A stretch of DNA of 63,466 nucleotides, filler included, from Bigelowiella natans CCMP2755 (taxonomy: Eukaryota; Protista; Cercozoa), in the NCBI GenBank assembly GCA_000320545.1. It is 9 parts of 9 records of this genome, joined end to end, with 100 filler letters (N's around TTAATTAATTAA, not from the genome) between each part and the next. Parts side by side here need not be neighbours in the genome. Positions count along the whole stretch, not along the records: positions 20,360 to 25,853 come from ADNK01003419.1; positions 25,954 to 45,240 come from ADNK01001477.1; 7 more parts are not named here. The stretch is one strand, 5' to 3'. The translations under genes were made by a program, and so were the position numbers. How positions within the stretch are numbered: the first letter of the stretch is position 1; each line of letters starts with the position of its first letter. Below the pieces are notes generated by a model that was not told where the DNA came from, made no database searches, and was given only the letters and a program-made list of their open reading frames with translations. This document shows positions 22,200-35,443 of the stretch, piece after piece.

Positions 22200-23663
22200 A
22201 TGCTCGGTTTTTCCGGAGAAGACTACCCCGCCTTCGTTGAGAAGACAGTGGTGCTGACCGGTGGGTCGGCTATTGGTTTGGGCTTAATCCTGGAGCTCTA
22301 TGGGCTGTTTTCGTCGAGAGGAAGTTCAGCATTCACAGTGAACACGCTCGCTGCGGTGGTTGGTGCGACAACGTGCTTCGCTCTCGGGGCCATTGCTCTC
22401 TTAACCAAGGGTTCCAGCCTCTTCGTCTGGCACCCCATCTTGATGTCTGCGGGAGTGCTCTTTCTGGCAACAGGCGCCATTGACCTCCTCAAACGGAAGA
22501 GAGCAATGGCTTCTGCAGGGGTAGGATAAAGGCATTTACTAAGGTTCTGCCACCGCCATCGATCGATGATAACCTGTGGGATGTGCTAATAATGTATATA
22601 GCCCCGAAAGAAAATGGTCCAGCTGCACTGGTTCATGATGGACGCTGCTTACATATCCATGGGAATGGGCCTCTGGGCAATTTACGCGAACAAGTCAAAA
22701 CCCCTCGGTAGTCGTGCCTCTTGCTTCCGCTCTGCGCCCTTGGTTGTATTCAAATCTCTGATGTGATTTACAATCCGGACCTGCGTTTTCCCTTCGAAAT
22801 CAGCCCAACACTTTGTCTCGGCGCACTCGATGATCGGCCTCGCAGCCCTTGGCTTGTTCGGGTATCATCGAAAGTCACAGAGAGTCTTCTTGAGGTGTTG
22901 TTACTTGAGCGCCTTATTCGCGTAGGTTGAATCTCTGCGGTGGAGCTGCCAAGACCCTCCTGCCTATGCTGAGCGGTCGAAGCATGAGGTCATCCTCCCC
23001 TCCACCCCCTCTCCGACAGAAGTATCGCATGCTCTGCGAATCCTTGCAGTTTATTCAACGATGAGCTTATTGTAAAAAAATGTGTAGTCTCTTGTGGACT
23101 GACGCTCTGCACCGCTACGGCGGCTTTCTCGCCTACACATTCCTTGTAGCAGCTGTGGTGTCAGGCCTTTACAACAGGGTATTAGTAGTATTAGCAGCCT
23201 TTCTAGTAGCGAAGATTATAGCAGCAGCAGCAACAGCAGCATTACCATCGTACTCACCGATTAGGTGGTGCTCTTACCTGACGGCTGGGGAGGAAAATTC
23301 GAGATTCCTGGTCCTCTTGCTTCCCTGCTTGTGTTTTCCTGAGAACCCCGTGGTGATGTGCGCGCGCCTCGATTGGAGTTCTAAGGCCGCTGGTTTCTGT
23401 GCTCAGATTCTTGGGCTGATGCTGGTAAAACTTGGAGCTACGGAACCCTTGGTGGCGCCCCGCCAGTCTTCGCTTTCATCGTACTTACATAATCCGATTG
23501 AGATCATGCTCTTACGCTATAAGTGTGATTGTTTTCCCTATTTCTAATGTGTGTGCGTGCGTGCATGGTGCGCAATCCCCTCACTTTGCCACAGGCGTGC
23601 GTCGTGCTGACCTTCATTCTCGCGGTTTGGCCTGTGGCGCTGAAACCGATCAAAAAGGATTGA
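22200..23663 (+). CDS. Cytochrome b561 domain protein (CYB561D-like), multi-exon
   Basis: Four heme-ligand His contexts: LFVWHPILMS, QLHWFMM...GLWAIYANK, QHFVSAHSMIG, ALHRYGG. Phase-compatible exons end ...FILAVWPVALKPIKKD* at 23663. Confidence 0.85.
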
Positions 23664-25035
23664 TCGGCGGTGATAAGAGCTACGCAAGTTACATCGATGT
23701 TCGAATTGCATTGGTGATGGAGAACCAGTACATCGCGACGAATACAAGTTTCCTTAACGGATTGAGTGGTCCGATATGCATTGCGCCCGCTCGGTGCAAA
23801 CGACGTAGCAAAAACTAGGCTAAGTGCGTTGATATCGCCATCGTGCACGCTACTGTCGCAATGATATACCGGTGATACACAGTGATCTACAGTCCGCGTG
23901 CAAACCGTCACTCGCATCGTTCATTGCTCGATCCCATTATGCACCCATTGCCTAGATTGCACCATGCATCATCCTTTTTGCCACCGTGTTGTTGGCCCAG
24001 CCTTTCTACCGTTAGAACAAAAGAGCAACGTCCGTGTCGCCCGCGCTAGCCAGTGTGCCTCACAGCACGGGTGTTCTAGGTGTTGTTGTGCACCAATAAG
24101 GAACAGCAAGCGTGAGTGTGCGCATGTGATGATGCAAAGCCGCACACACCGCAGCCACGCATGCACACAGCGCAAGCAAATAACATGTACGTGTCCATGG
24201 ACATCATGTAGATTGCTAGATTGCCGTAATAAGTACCAGCCCTAGCTAGCTAGCAGCTAGGTGCAGCTAGTATAAGTAGCACAGGGATGTCGCATGGCTA
24301 GATGGGCAATCTAGCCATCTAACTGTGTGCATGCAGTAGTAGCATGTGCACGTACCATCATGCATGTAACATCTCGCATGTTTTTAGTATAATAGCAACT
24401 TTAACATATTCATTACACCTCTCACAGCGATTCTCGATCATCCTTCTGCTGCATGTCCCGCGAGGCCATAGAGAGATGAGGAGGAAGAACTCGTCATGAA
24501 GCCGCCCGCCGCTTGTCGCTGCCCGCTGCGGTTTTTGACGAAGAACATTGTTGAGGGAGTGCCTTCGTCCGTATCCTGTGCAAATCATACCACGCTCACT
24601 GTGGGCGACAGAGCACGACTGGAAACGATAAGAGAGTTTCGAGAGGGCACGTCCACCTTGTACACGTCCTCGAAGACGCTATCATCATCATGATCGCCGA
24701 CTTTATTCTGTGCGTAAAACATCCGGAATTGCCACGTCAGACCCGCCCCCCGTGCTCAGACAAATTCACAACAACGAGGAATAATCGTGTTTTCGGTTAC
24801 GCTATAGGCGTCCTCTGCACAATCGTAGATCACGTGAACAATGCTGTCTCCGCTTTCAGTGACGCGACTGAATGCACATGCAACCAAAGAATTAGTGTGC
24901 TATTCGGTGATCCATGCCACGAGCTCTGCCTCGAGATACGTATTCTACCCATGTTCTTCGTGCCCTCTCTCCCCTCCCCCCACCCCCCCCCAACCCCCCC
25001 CCTTCAGGTGTGTTGGTTGCAGTAAGGTTTGATGA

Positions 25036-25147
25036 CTTGTGCCGTGCTCGAAGGTGATAGCCGCAGCACTTGGTCTGAGCACGTCAACAGAAAAGAAAAG
25101 GCAGAACTTGGTCGTCGTTCTTGTTGTTCTTCTTGTTCTTGTTGTTG

Positions 25148-25179
<32 letters not shown>

Positions 25180-25510
25180 GTTGACAGTGTGTGATGATTT
25201 GCTGATTTATAGCCCTCTTGCTCTAGGAGTCATTACCAGCGGTACGAAAGCGTAGTAGATGAAGAAAAAATGCAGCCCTATAATGCTCCAATATCTGAAG
25301 ACGGCAAAGCGTACAGGACACATTGTCATGATATGAGAGAGAGAGGGAGGGGGAGAGAAAGAGAGAGAGATGCATAAATTGGTAGGAAAATGACGTAAGT
25401 ATATTCTTCAATATATACTCTCCTTCCTTGAAGAAATTCACACCCACCCCACGATGTCGATCTCAAGGTTGTACGTATCGTTGCAGTCCCTCGTCAAGTT
25501 GCTGTACGAC
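25036..25510 (-). CDS. Internal exons of an unidentified membrane protein gene
   Basis: Four phase-compatible exons give SYSNLTRDCNDTYNLEIDI|EGEYILKNILT|YWSIIGLHFFFIYYAFVPL|TKCCGYHLRARHK. Gene ends not resolved. Confidence 0.4.
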
Positions 25511-25853
25511 CTATCAGCAGGGGGGGGGGATCGGTGGCGCGGTTGGTAATACATACAATATATTTATGTAGAGATCTACTCTATCTGCTCAATTGAACCA
25601 CCACCATCACCACCACCACCACCACCACCTGCTGTCGTTCTCGATCCGAACCAAAAGTATCACTAGCGAGGCGAGCCCTAGCCTGTATTTTATAGAATTG
25701 CGCATTGAAGAGGTGGTAGTCGTCCTTCCATATATAGCACGTGTGCGCGAGCATGATTGTGTGTGTGTGTGTGTGTGTGCGCGCGCGCGTGTGTATTCTC
25801 TACCCGCACACGGGCCCCATGCACAATAAGATCCTTGTCAAGTTCTTCTGGAT

Positions 25854-25953
25854 NNNNNNNNNNNNNNNNNNNNNNNNNNNNNNNNNNNNNNNNNNNNTTA
25901 ATTAATTAANNNNNNNNNNNNNNNNNNNNNNNNNNNNNNNNNNNNNNNNNNNN
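25854..25953. other. Artificial contig spacer
   Basis: N44-TTAATTAATTAA-N44. Confidence 0.98.
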
Positions 25954-26077
25954 GGGGGGGGTGGCTCATAAACGGGTGTTTGTCTCCGTGAATTGTGTGC
26001 ATAGGTGTGTCTTTCTTTTTTCTTTAAAAAAAATTATTGTGTACCTCTCTATTATAAGACAGACACATACATATACT

Positions 26078-26136
<59 letters not shown>

Positions 26137-26283
26137 TAAAGGAAGGAGAGACTGCAGCAGCCTATAAAAAAGAAATACACATGCAGCATACTACGAGATT
26201 GCACAGACAGTGACGTGGTAGTGAGGCTATTGTTGTTGTTGACGGTGATGATAACGAAGAGCAGGAAATGAGCGAGCTCCTAC

Positions 26284-26988
26284 CTTTCGAGCGACCGCCG
26301 TCAACATCGTCATGGTCATCATCGCTTCCCTCATCACGTGGAGGAACCTGAGAATGTGGTTTGTTCTTCAATGGAGTAGTGGTAGTAGTAGTAGGGGCAT
26401 TGAAGCAGCGCCGATTCATTACTGTCGTTGTCTATTAATACAAGATATTTGTGGATCTGCCGTTCTCATTTCATGACGTACTGCTTAAAACGGCGACACT
26501 GCTGGATGCGTACATACATACCCATTGAGGCCCTCCGACAACCATCTGAAACGGTATAGTCCGGTAGGCATCAAGCGAGTCTCCGTTTGCAAGAGAGAAG
26601 CTGCGCCAACGATAAAACATGTGCCACTCTACGATTAAGAAGGGACCATTGCACATGGCAGACGGTTAGAAGGATGGATGGAGACGTCTTGAAAAGAAAG
26701 ATGTGAGGTGCATGGCAGGTTCGTCGTTGTGCACACCTGGGTTGGAGCTCTTTTGAAACAAAAACGCGTATTCCTTGTCGTTTTTCTTCTGCTCCTTGAG
26801 AGCACGTTCAAACGCGTACCCGTTTTGCGCCACATACTGCGCGACGAGGTCGATCCTGATCAAAATGGGATCATCGGTTTGTTCCGCATTGTGGAATGCA
26901 GGAGGGCGGGATGGTGACCATTCGTGTTTTTTGGTTTAGCAAACCTCCGCCTGAGTGCCTTGTCCTTTGGAAACTTTACCTCGATGAT
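26284..26988 (-). CDS. U2SURP: U2 snRNP-associated SURP-motif protein (SR140-like), partial
   Basis: IIEVKFPKDKALRR|RIDLVAQYVAQNGYAFERALKEQKKNDKEYAFLF is a SURP motif. It is followed by EWHMFYRWRSFSLANGDSL...PFQMVVGGPQW|VPP, the post-SURP signature of SR140/RRC1. The 3' part is lost at the spacer. Confidence 0.8.
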
Positions 26989-28032
26989 CTAAATGTAAGT
27001 AAACACGCTCATGCTATGCTGTGTGTGCTCTAGGTCAACTCTCCATGGCTCGAAGCCTCTGAGAAGTGCCAGCGGTTTGCTGTCCTATTTTTGCGACGCA
27101 GAGTGCATAGATAGTTGAGTACTACACAACCTGACGGGGAATAGGATTCATTGGGAGCATGGGTATCGACGGAGAGACAGCAGGAGCACGCGGGGCATAG
27201 TAACCTCCTTGCATCGACCCTCACGGAGGGCCCGCGGAGGGGACAAGGCTCGTTGAAATGTGGGCAAAATATATATACGGAAAACATCTGAAATATATAC
27301 GCTTATTCTACTTTATCCCGAACAGGATCCGCCAATCATCTAAGACAGCACAGGATCAAAAGTTGACCTGAAAATATGCTAATTACTATCTGTATAAAAA
27401 TGAAGACTGAACGGGAGAATGAGGGCCGCAGATTTGTTGCCCGTTTGTTGCCGCACGGTCATGAGGTGGACCGAAATCGTCCAAATAAAAAGCGCCTAGC
27501 CATTATCAGACCTAGGAGCTTCCAACAGCGATAAATCATGATCCCATTAGCGTCAGAATGAAAATAATATCCATGTCTTAGAAAGTAAATTTAATATATT
27601 ATTTTACAGAACTTTCCTATTTTGGCATTGAGAAAAGTCTGAATATGATGCAGATTCCCTTCAATTTTTTACAAGAAGACAAAGATAATATTCATTTTTT
27701 GGTAGAAATAGCCTTGATTGCCATTCCTCGTAAATTAGTAGAGGTGGTGTAAGGCAGGGGCAGGCTAGGCAGGCACAGGCAGGGGCAGGGGGGGGGAAGG
27801 GGTCGGTTTAGAGGGAAAATAAAAATATCTTTGTTGTTTCAAAGTAGTTATGTTTACGTATAAGTAAAGTGCAATTAGTTTCGAATGGGTTGGCAGAGTT
27901 TAAGCTTTTCGTAACGTGCTTGCGCCCATCCTCACACCCCGTCATTCGTGCGGGGCCTTGCATCTTCTGGATCTTAAATTCCAACAACTGTTGATAATTT
28001 ATCTCATATTTGTCTGTGATAGTTTCACCATC

Positions 28033-28633
28033 ATGTCTCGGTTCGCATTCAAGGCCATTCAGGAGCTTCGCATCCATTTCTGTCAAACCTCCTCGAAGAG
28101 TGCCGGACTCAGGTTGGTAGGGTAGTGCAAAGAAGGGGAATAATAAAACCATTTTGTACAGTGGGGAGATGTCATGGAATAATGAGCCGAATACATATTT
28201 CAGCTGCCCTTCCATTCCAATCAACACTACGTTCCCAGTAGAATCATTAGATGGTGCGCAAGCGTTGACACAGCTCTATCTCCTTTCTCAGGCAATTCGT
28301 GAAATCGAACTTCGCTGAGATGAAAAAGGCTAACCCTGCTTTACCCATTATGGTTCGCGAATGCGAAGGAGCTACTCCAAAAATCACTGCCAGATACGGT
28401 CTGTGCTCGCTCGCCACGAATACTTTCACTTTAGTTTTCTCGTCACGGTTACACCTCCTCTAAAGCTGATGTACTACCTCGCATATGATTCGTTTTCCTT
28501 TCTTTTTTGTAATGATCTCTAGTGACGGCTTATATAAAACGTATTTGTCTTAGATATGGGTATCGAAAAGAGCATTCCCGTAGCTGATATGGATGAGAAG
28601 GCCATCGACTCGAAACTGAAGGAATTCTGCTAG
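28033..28633 (+). CDS. NDUFA2: NADH:ubiquinone oxidoreductase subunit A2 (CI-B8)
   Basis: Exons 28033-28112, 28292-28398 and 28554-28633 give MSRFAFKAIQELRIHFCQTSSKSAGLRQFVKSNFAEMKKANPALPIMVRECEGATPKITARYDMGIEKSIPV...LKEFC*. Confidence 0.95.
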
Positions 28634-29670
28634 ATCTAGGAGTAAAACAAAATCTTCTGCTTATACGTTCTCTTATTTATAGTTAAAATGTAGAGGCACT
28701 TGTCAATTGTTTATGGTGGCATGATTACATGATAATATGTAGGAAGATCTACATCTCTAGATCTCCTCTTGTCGTCAAGCAGCACACAATACAGCTCATC
28801 TCTAGATCTAGCCATTGTGCGCACAAAGCACCGCGGCTGTGATGTAGCCACATCTGCCTTATCGAAAGTGTTCGCTTTATAGCATGTACCCAGTATATGC
28901 GCATATATGCATTCTAGCATTGCTAGATTGTGCACAAACACTTAGGCATGTCCAAACGTATGTATAGCTGGGAGTCTGCACCTGACGACAACAACAATTC
29001 TAGAATGATTATATAGCATGTGCATCTGCGTAGCATATAGACATGACATCGTATCACCTTGCATGCATACTACGAGGCCAAGCAAGCACTTTAGACTAGT
29101 TTTTTGTTAGTAGAAGCTACAGGTGTACGATACGTACATGGGTGCCCATGCAAGCATGTCGTCTATTATGAAAGCGCATATACAAGCTAGCAAGCACATC
29201 ATAGCGGAGACTAACTCTAGCAACTGTTTCAACATCAACGCTATAGCCGCTACATTGCACAGCTACATTAGGATGACCATTGTACAAATTTAATTGATTG
29301 ATTACATCCGTTCTACTAATAGACATTGCTAGATTTTGCACCAGTACGTAATTAGTTCAAGAGTACTACTGCAACATGTGTATGGCCGTGCTAGCACAAA
29401 CCCCCGTCAAGCCCTGCTGTGACTGGCTAGCCTGCCGTCTATATATGAGTGTAGTAAATTCTATCTCGATCAGCACTACTCGCTACAGCAGGAGGTAATG
29501 AGGTAATGAGGTGCTGCCAACAATAACATGGATGGATGCTACACATGCCCTTCTTTAGCTATAGCTATACTGGACGTATATATGACTTCTTGTTGATCGT
29601 TAACTAACATCTAATAAAGCTTATACATCGCATTCCATCGCTATACACTACTGCTCAAATCTTCACCAGC

Positions 29671-30014
29671 TTAGCTGTTTGATACGCATTGTGTCAATAT
29701 CCGTTTTTTCCCAATGCGAAACCCAACGGTCATGCTTTTTCGAAGTGCTACACTATCTTCATCATCTTTATCATTGACAGTTGTTTTTAGTTCCTCATAG
29801 AGACTGAGGTCCTCCTATTATTCACACAGAACAGTGTTGATGCTCTCGATATGATCAGTAGCCTTCCGCGTGATTATTTGAAAAGACTTATGATAGCTGT
29901 GCTATGAGATAGGCGTTATAGGATGTTCGTGGGTGAATTACAATTTTGCTCCACTTAAGAATCCACACTATTATTTTGTACAACACCACCACCAGCATCA
30001 CCAGCATCCTAAGT

Positions 30015-30049
<35 letters not shown>

Positions 30050-30141
30050 ATCACTACTGCTGCTGCCTGCTGCTACATCCTACAAACTAGGATTGACTAC
30101 TCACATTGTCCACATCATCTACTACTATTACTCTGCTACTA

Positions 30142-30173
<32 letters not shown>

Positions 30174-30382
30174 CTCAAGACTTGTTGGCATTTGGTCAAG
30201 CTCGGCTCGGCACATCAGTCCCATCTGTTGATTGGCAGTTGTTTTGTTGCTGTTGGTTAGCAGAATGCGCGATTTGCGTGCATGATGTGAATGCTGAGGT
30301 TTGCTTGCATATGCGTTGGGTGTTAATATATGATTTGTTGCCCCGTACCTTCGAATGTATGTTACATGCCTCATCATCATCG

Positions 30383-30418
<36 letters not shown>

Positions 30419-31110
30419 CACTCATATCGTGCCTACCGCGGTGCGCGCGTTTTTGGAGAGCATTGGCGAGCCGTCATCGTCACCGTCAAGGTCGCTGCTG
30501 GAAGGCGTTGATCGTTTGGTCTGTTCCAGGACGCTTTCATAGGAATCGATCTCCGCAGTGCCAAAGATCAAATTCAGCACCTATTTCATTTTCAGCAAAG
30601 TAGAGAAGGGGGGGAGGGGGGGGAGGTGAAAAATATGGAAACATAAAGCAAAATTGCAGTATTGCTCATTCCACAGTCTCCTCCGTCCCCCTCCCCTCCC
30701 TTCTGCCCCCTTCCCTCACTTCACAACCTACCTTCGCGGATAAAAGCGTGGGTTGTCCCTTAGCGTTGAGAGAGACCGATTCAAGGGCGGGAGACCATCC
30801 TTTATCCTATACGAGAGCAATGATCGGAAAGCAGTAGATGGAGGCGGAGAGATGAAAAGGGGTGAAAGAGCACTGCTTGAAATAAATTGCAAAATGAAGA
30901 CGTGGTTCTTCGTTTGTGTACTCACTCTGAGCTGCTTTAGTCTTGTGCTAACACTGCTCGATGGTATAACTCTGCTCTCCTCAATTTTCTTCTCAAAGCT
31001 GTCAAAGACGTACACGTCGTTTGGGTTGTTCTCTTCTACAAATCTGTGTGCAGTAGTAAGCAAGAAAGCAGGCAGGGGGCGGAAAGATCTTATCTTAAGA
31101 TAAACATCTT

Positions 31111-31148
<38 letters not shown>

Positions 31149-31253
31149 CACTATTCTCGGCAACAACACTCACTTAGAGAGAAAACAACCCATGTATACC
31201 AGGAATATCAAATAAATATCAAATAAATGTACTTTGAGAACGCGATCTTCCCG

Positions 31254-31298
<45 letters not shown>

Positions 31299-32006
31299 CC
31301 ATTCTCAACATCATCATCGTACATCTTCATGCCTTTTCAGGTAAAAGAGGATTGGGTGGGAGGGGAAAACCAAAAAGCAGATCTGGAAGGGAATCAAAAA
31401 CAAAAACAAAACATGATCGGCGCAACAACCCATAATACTGGAGCAAAGCGTCGTTGGACTTTGCACCGTAGGAGAAGAAAATCTAGCAGAACGAAGGACC
31501 AGCAGTGAGAATAGAGGTCACCGATGAAAAACCAAAATCATGCCATCCCAAGGATAGATATGGACGCGCTCAATGGAGACTCGTATACGCATATGATGCA
31601 TCATCAGTGCGCCAAAAAGCAAGTGCAACTATATACACGCACCTCGTCGCCCTTCCTGACATCAGATCCTTTTCGGAATAGTTTGCGGGGGAGGAAGAGG
31701 AAGAGGCGGGATGGGGGAGCACGAAGATCTCTCAATATGGTAAGTAGCTCTCTTAAAATAGCGAGCATGCCAAGTGAGGAGACATGATGCTAGGAATATA
31801 ACGGTCCTTATTTTGCAAGCATCATCATCGTCACTATCATAATAATGACGACATTTATCGTAGCACAAGCGTTGTTTTCCGTGTCCCCCCCCCCCCCTTA
31901 CTTCAAATATCACCCGCAAAAACAGTAACATCTCCGCTCCAGAAGTTGACGTCAGCTTGCGTGTCCTTTGCCTATAGTCGGTATGATAGCCGAATTGAAG
32001 ACATAA

Positions 32007-32067
<61 letters not shown>

Positions 32068-32839
32068 TGTGTGTGTGTATGTGTGTGTGTGTGCATAACA
32101 TGTCTGAATCGATATAAATTCGAAGATAAAAGCATGTTCATCGATAAAAGCGACCTGGGAGCGGTGGTTGGCCATATCCGCAAAAACAGGCATAATGAAC
32201 CTGCACGAGATCAAAGAGATGTGAATATAAAGACCTCGTCTCTGCTAATCACATGATCACTCATCCTCGTAACTTATCAGCGTGCTCGTTCAAAATACGC
32301 CTCTCCTCGAAAACCCTAAACTCCCCCACCCCTCCCCCCTCTCCCCATCTGCTCAGTGTCCTACTGGCGCTTATTCTGCGAGATGATCACATCAGAAACG
32401 ACTCCAAAGATGCTGGCAGCTGCGACAGCTCCTATTACGCGGCCGAAGTCCCCCCCCTTGAAGATAGAAGACATGAAGGAAAGCGAAGAGGGCGCACAAT
32501 TATGGTGTTGTTGTTACACACTCACGCAGCATTGTAAACGTCCACCAAAGGCACGTAGAATATAATTCGGAGGGGGAGGCGGAGGGAGGATGTCGGCATG
32601 GTGATGGTGACAGAGCTTCTATGGCGAAAGGCAGAATGTAAATATCTTCAAGATTGGAGAGTTTTATAGGGAGAGGAGGAGGAGGAGGAGGAGGAGGAGG
32701 AGGAGGATGAGTAATAGTAGGAGAAGGGCTTAGCAGTCACCTGTGCGACATATACACCGGCCAATCCTACACATAAACCAGCATGTAGTTTGAGTGATGA
32801 AAATTCTTATATATGTATGTATGTATATATATTATATAG

Positions 32840-32878
<39 letters not shown>

Positions 32879-33244
32879 TGTAGGACGTCATCCCGAAAAC
32901 TTGCCAAAAAAGACAATTTCTCTAGGACAAGGATAAGGCACATTAGATGCACCTCGCCCTCCCCCTTCCTCTGCTGCTTCAGTATATAGCGAGAAATACA
33001 AAGACCATGCGGAGTACGTACTACTTCGGAAAATGCTATGATATCTTAACACCATCTTCACACTGTGTTTGCCATTATTCGTTTGCTGAAAGCAGTACCA
33101 AAGAGGAAAATCTGCCTGAGTATTCTGGTGCGAGGGTCTCCTGCATTTGGCCTGTAGAAGAGACGGCAAAGGAGTGCTGTCATATAATAGGCTATTCCCT
33201 TTATGCAACTGCTGCTGATGATGATGACGACGACGATGATGACT

Positions 33245-33276
<32 letters not shown>

Positions 33277-33397
33277 AATGACAACCCCATAAACGAGCGA
33301 CTTCTGACACATTCAGTAGCCCAGATCAACTCCTCGCTGCTCATCTGTCACGTTCGAATAACAAGTGATGCTCAACGGAGTACTACTATTACTACTA

Positions 33398-33429
<32 letters not shown>

Positions 33430-35443
33430 ACTACCTACAACTACTACTACCACCGCTGTTACACTAGCAAGCAGAATGCATAACTATGATTCTCATATCC
33501 ACGATGTACACACGGTAAACAGCAGGGGACAAAGAGGAAGGATCATCACTAGCAACGTCCTGCTATTCGTTCACTAATTAGCTGTTCAATAGTCACGATA
33601 TTGTCATCGTAGTTGTTGTAGGTGGCCTATCTCTTCTCTTCCCCCCCCCCCGTCCCCCCCCCCCCCTACTCCTTCTCCTTACCGAGAGGCTAATCCCAGA
33701 TTTTCCATTCTTAAAGGCCTCACATCGGCGACGAAGATCCGCCTTTTGAAGATCGACCTAATGATGAGACCAAATAGCGAAATCGGATGGATATTAGGTG
33801 CGCGATTTATCGATAGCTTCCGCGCTGCATAAGTTGTATAGTAGTAGTAGTAGTAGTGGTGGTGGTAGCAAGCACCCTTTCGAGGAGGTATGGATAATGA
33901 AGATCCTTCAGTTGATCGTGATTCCAGTGAATTGGCGTTTCAAAGCGCTCTGGGAGCGCGCTGATGTATGGCTTCCAGTCAGAGGGCTGCAGCTTCACCT
34001 GCAGACGAGGAAGAAAAGCGTGCACTCAGCAACAAAGTAACACCGGTATTGGTCAAAGCGCACCATCACCAAAATCCCATTTTTACCTTTTCTAGTAGCA
34101 GATATGCCAATCGGATGTACCTGTTCGTAAGAAACAGCATTTGCAAGTGAGGAAGAAGCAGGATACTGGGTGAAAAAGCAAGGGAAAATGGGCTGGATTG
34201 GACAATGATAAAGGACAGGACTAAGCGTAACAAGATCCAATCTACTCGGTGTGGAGGTAGCATCTGTATAGGAGATTAATTGCAGAAACCATAAAAGCCT
34301 TTCTCTCAGTAGCAGTCCCTATCTCTCCATCTTCCCCCCCCCGAATATTCTTACCATGGAGAGGAGGACCAAAGCTCCTCATCGACAAGGCCTGTAAGTT
34401 GTACGCATAGTTTGAGTAGTAGAAGACCAAACACAATGAGCGCACGCGTAGCCACACACGTATGCGCATACATGTTGGCAAAACCACTTGCTGCTAACCT
34501 TTTGTTGGGCACTTTTCCTTTGGGGAATTCGTAACCTTAAGCAGCATAAGGCTTGGAACGGAGACGATCATATCTCCGGTGCTAATATCATCTGCACGTA
34601 TCATGCGGCGCTATTAGATAAGCAAAATTCCATCCCTCTTCTCCTAAGCCCTCCAACAGTTAACGTTTTGGATATATTCGTGAGAAAATCCAAACGGGCT
34701 TCCACTCTTCGAACCCCCCCCCTCCCCCTTTCGCTTTGACTTTTTGTAAGTGTAATTGATCTACTATTTTTTGGTTTTTATCGATACGATGAGAATAGTC
34801 ATTCTTATACATTACGCACCCTCGGCATAAAGTCCACGCTCTGCACCCGGCGGTATCTGGACGAGCGCCTTCTCACACTTGACCATCGCCTCCTTATCTG
34901 CCCAAGTGTTGAACTTCCTGCATTCAACCTGACCCCAAGACGACTCGGCCTTTCTGTCGCGGGATCTGAATAGCGGCTCATCATCGTACTTCTTATCTTG
35001 TTTCGAAGATGAGGGGTTTGAGGCGTCGACAAGGGAGGCAGACAAAGGTACCCTGGGCAAAAAGAATGCAACAACTTCGGGTTATATATGACGAGCTCCA
35101 CGCGTACGAGCTGCGGACTTCAGTAGCTCTATGGAAGAAAAATACCAAGAGACGGTTACGTACTTGCGAAATACTCCTTGGTGATGCGATGGAGTGCCTC
35201 GAGGGTGCCTTAAATGCTGGCTTGGCTTGAATTGGAGAAGAGGGGTACTCCGACTAGTGCGTCCGCTTCTCTTTACCGCATAACGAGCTATCATTTCGAA
35301 CAATTAGTAGCATCAATCGCAACATTGGAAGACATTTTCATCTTTGGGAAAAGGAGGGACTTACATTCGCAGCGTGCAGCACGCAATAAGAAGCAGAGTG
35401 AGGAGAGGAGGACGAAGAGGGGTTTGGAGGAAGGCGGCCTCAT
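29671..35443 (-). CDS. SET-domain protein-lysine methyltransferase (Rubisco LSMT/SETD3-like) with a bipartite, probably plastid, leader; about 20 exons
   Basis: Motifs: RGLYAE|DDISTGDMIVSVP, RLAYLLLEK, SDWKPYISALP..ETPIHW, LIWATECVRSRSF, FIMPVFADMANH, GSDVRKGDE|IFFSYGAKSNDALLQYYG|FVEENNPND, ELDQMPTSLE and C-terminal FRIGKKRIL. The N-terminus MRPPSSKPLFVLLSSLCFLLRAARCE is followed by an R/S-rich segment. A few internal exons are uncertain. Confidence 0.88.

Noticed and set aside
27808-28227. 139-aa minus-strand ORF
   Set aside because: Overlaps NDUFA2 exon 1 in antisense and has no recognisable domain.
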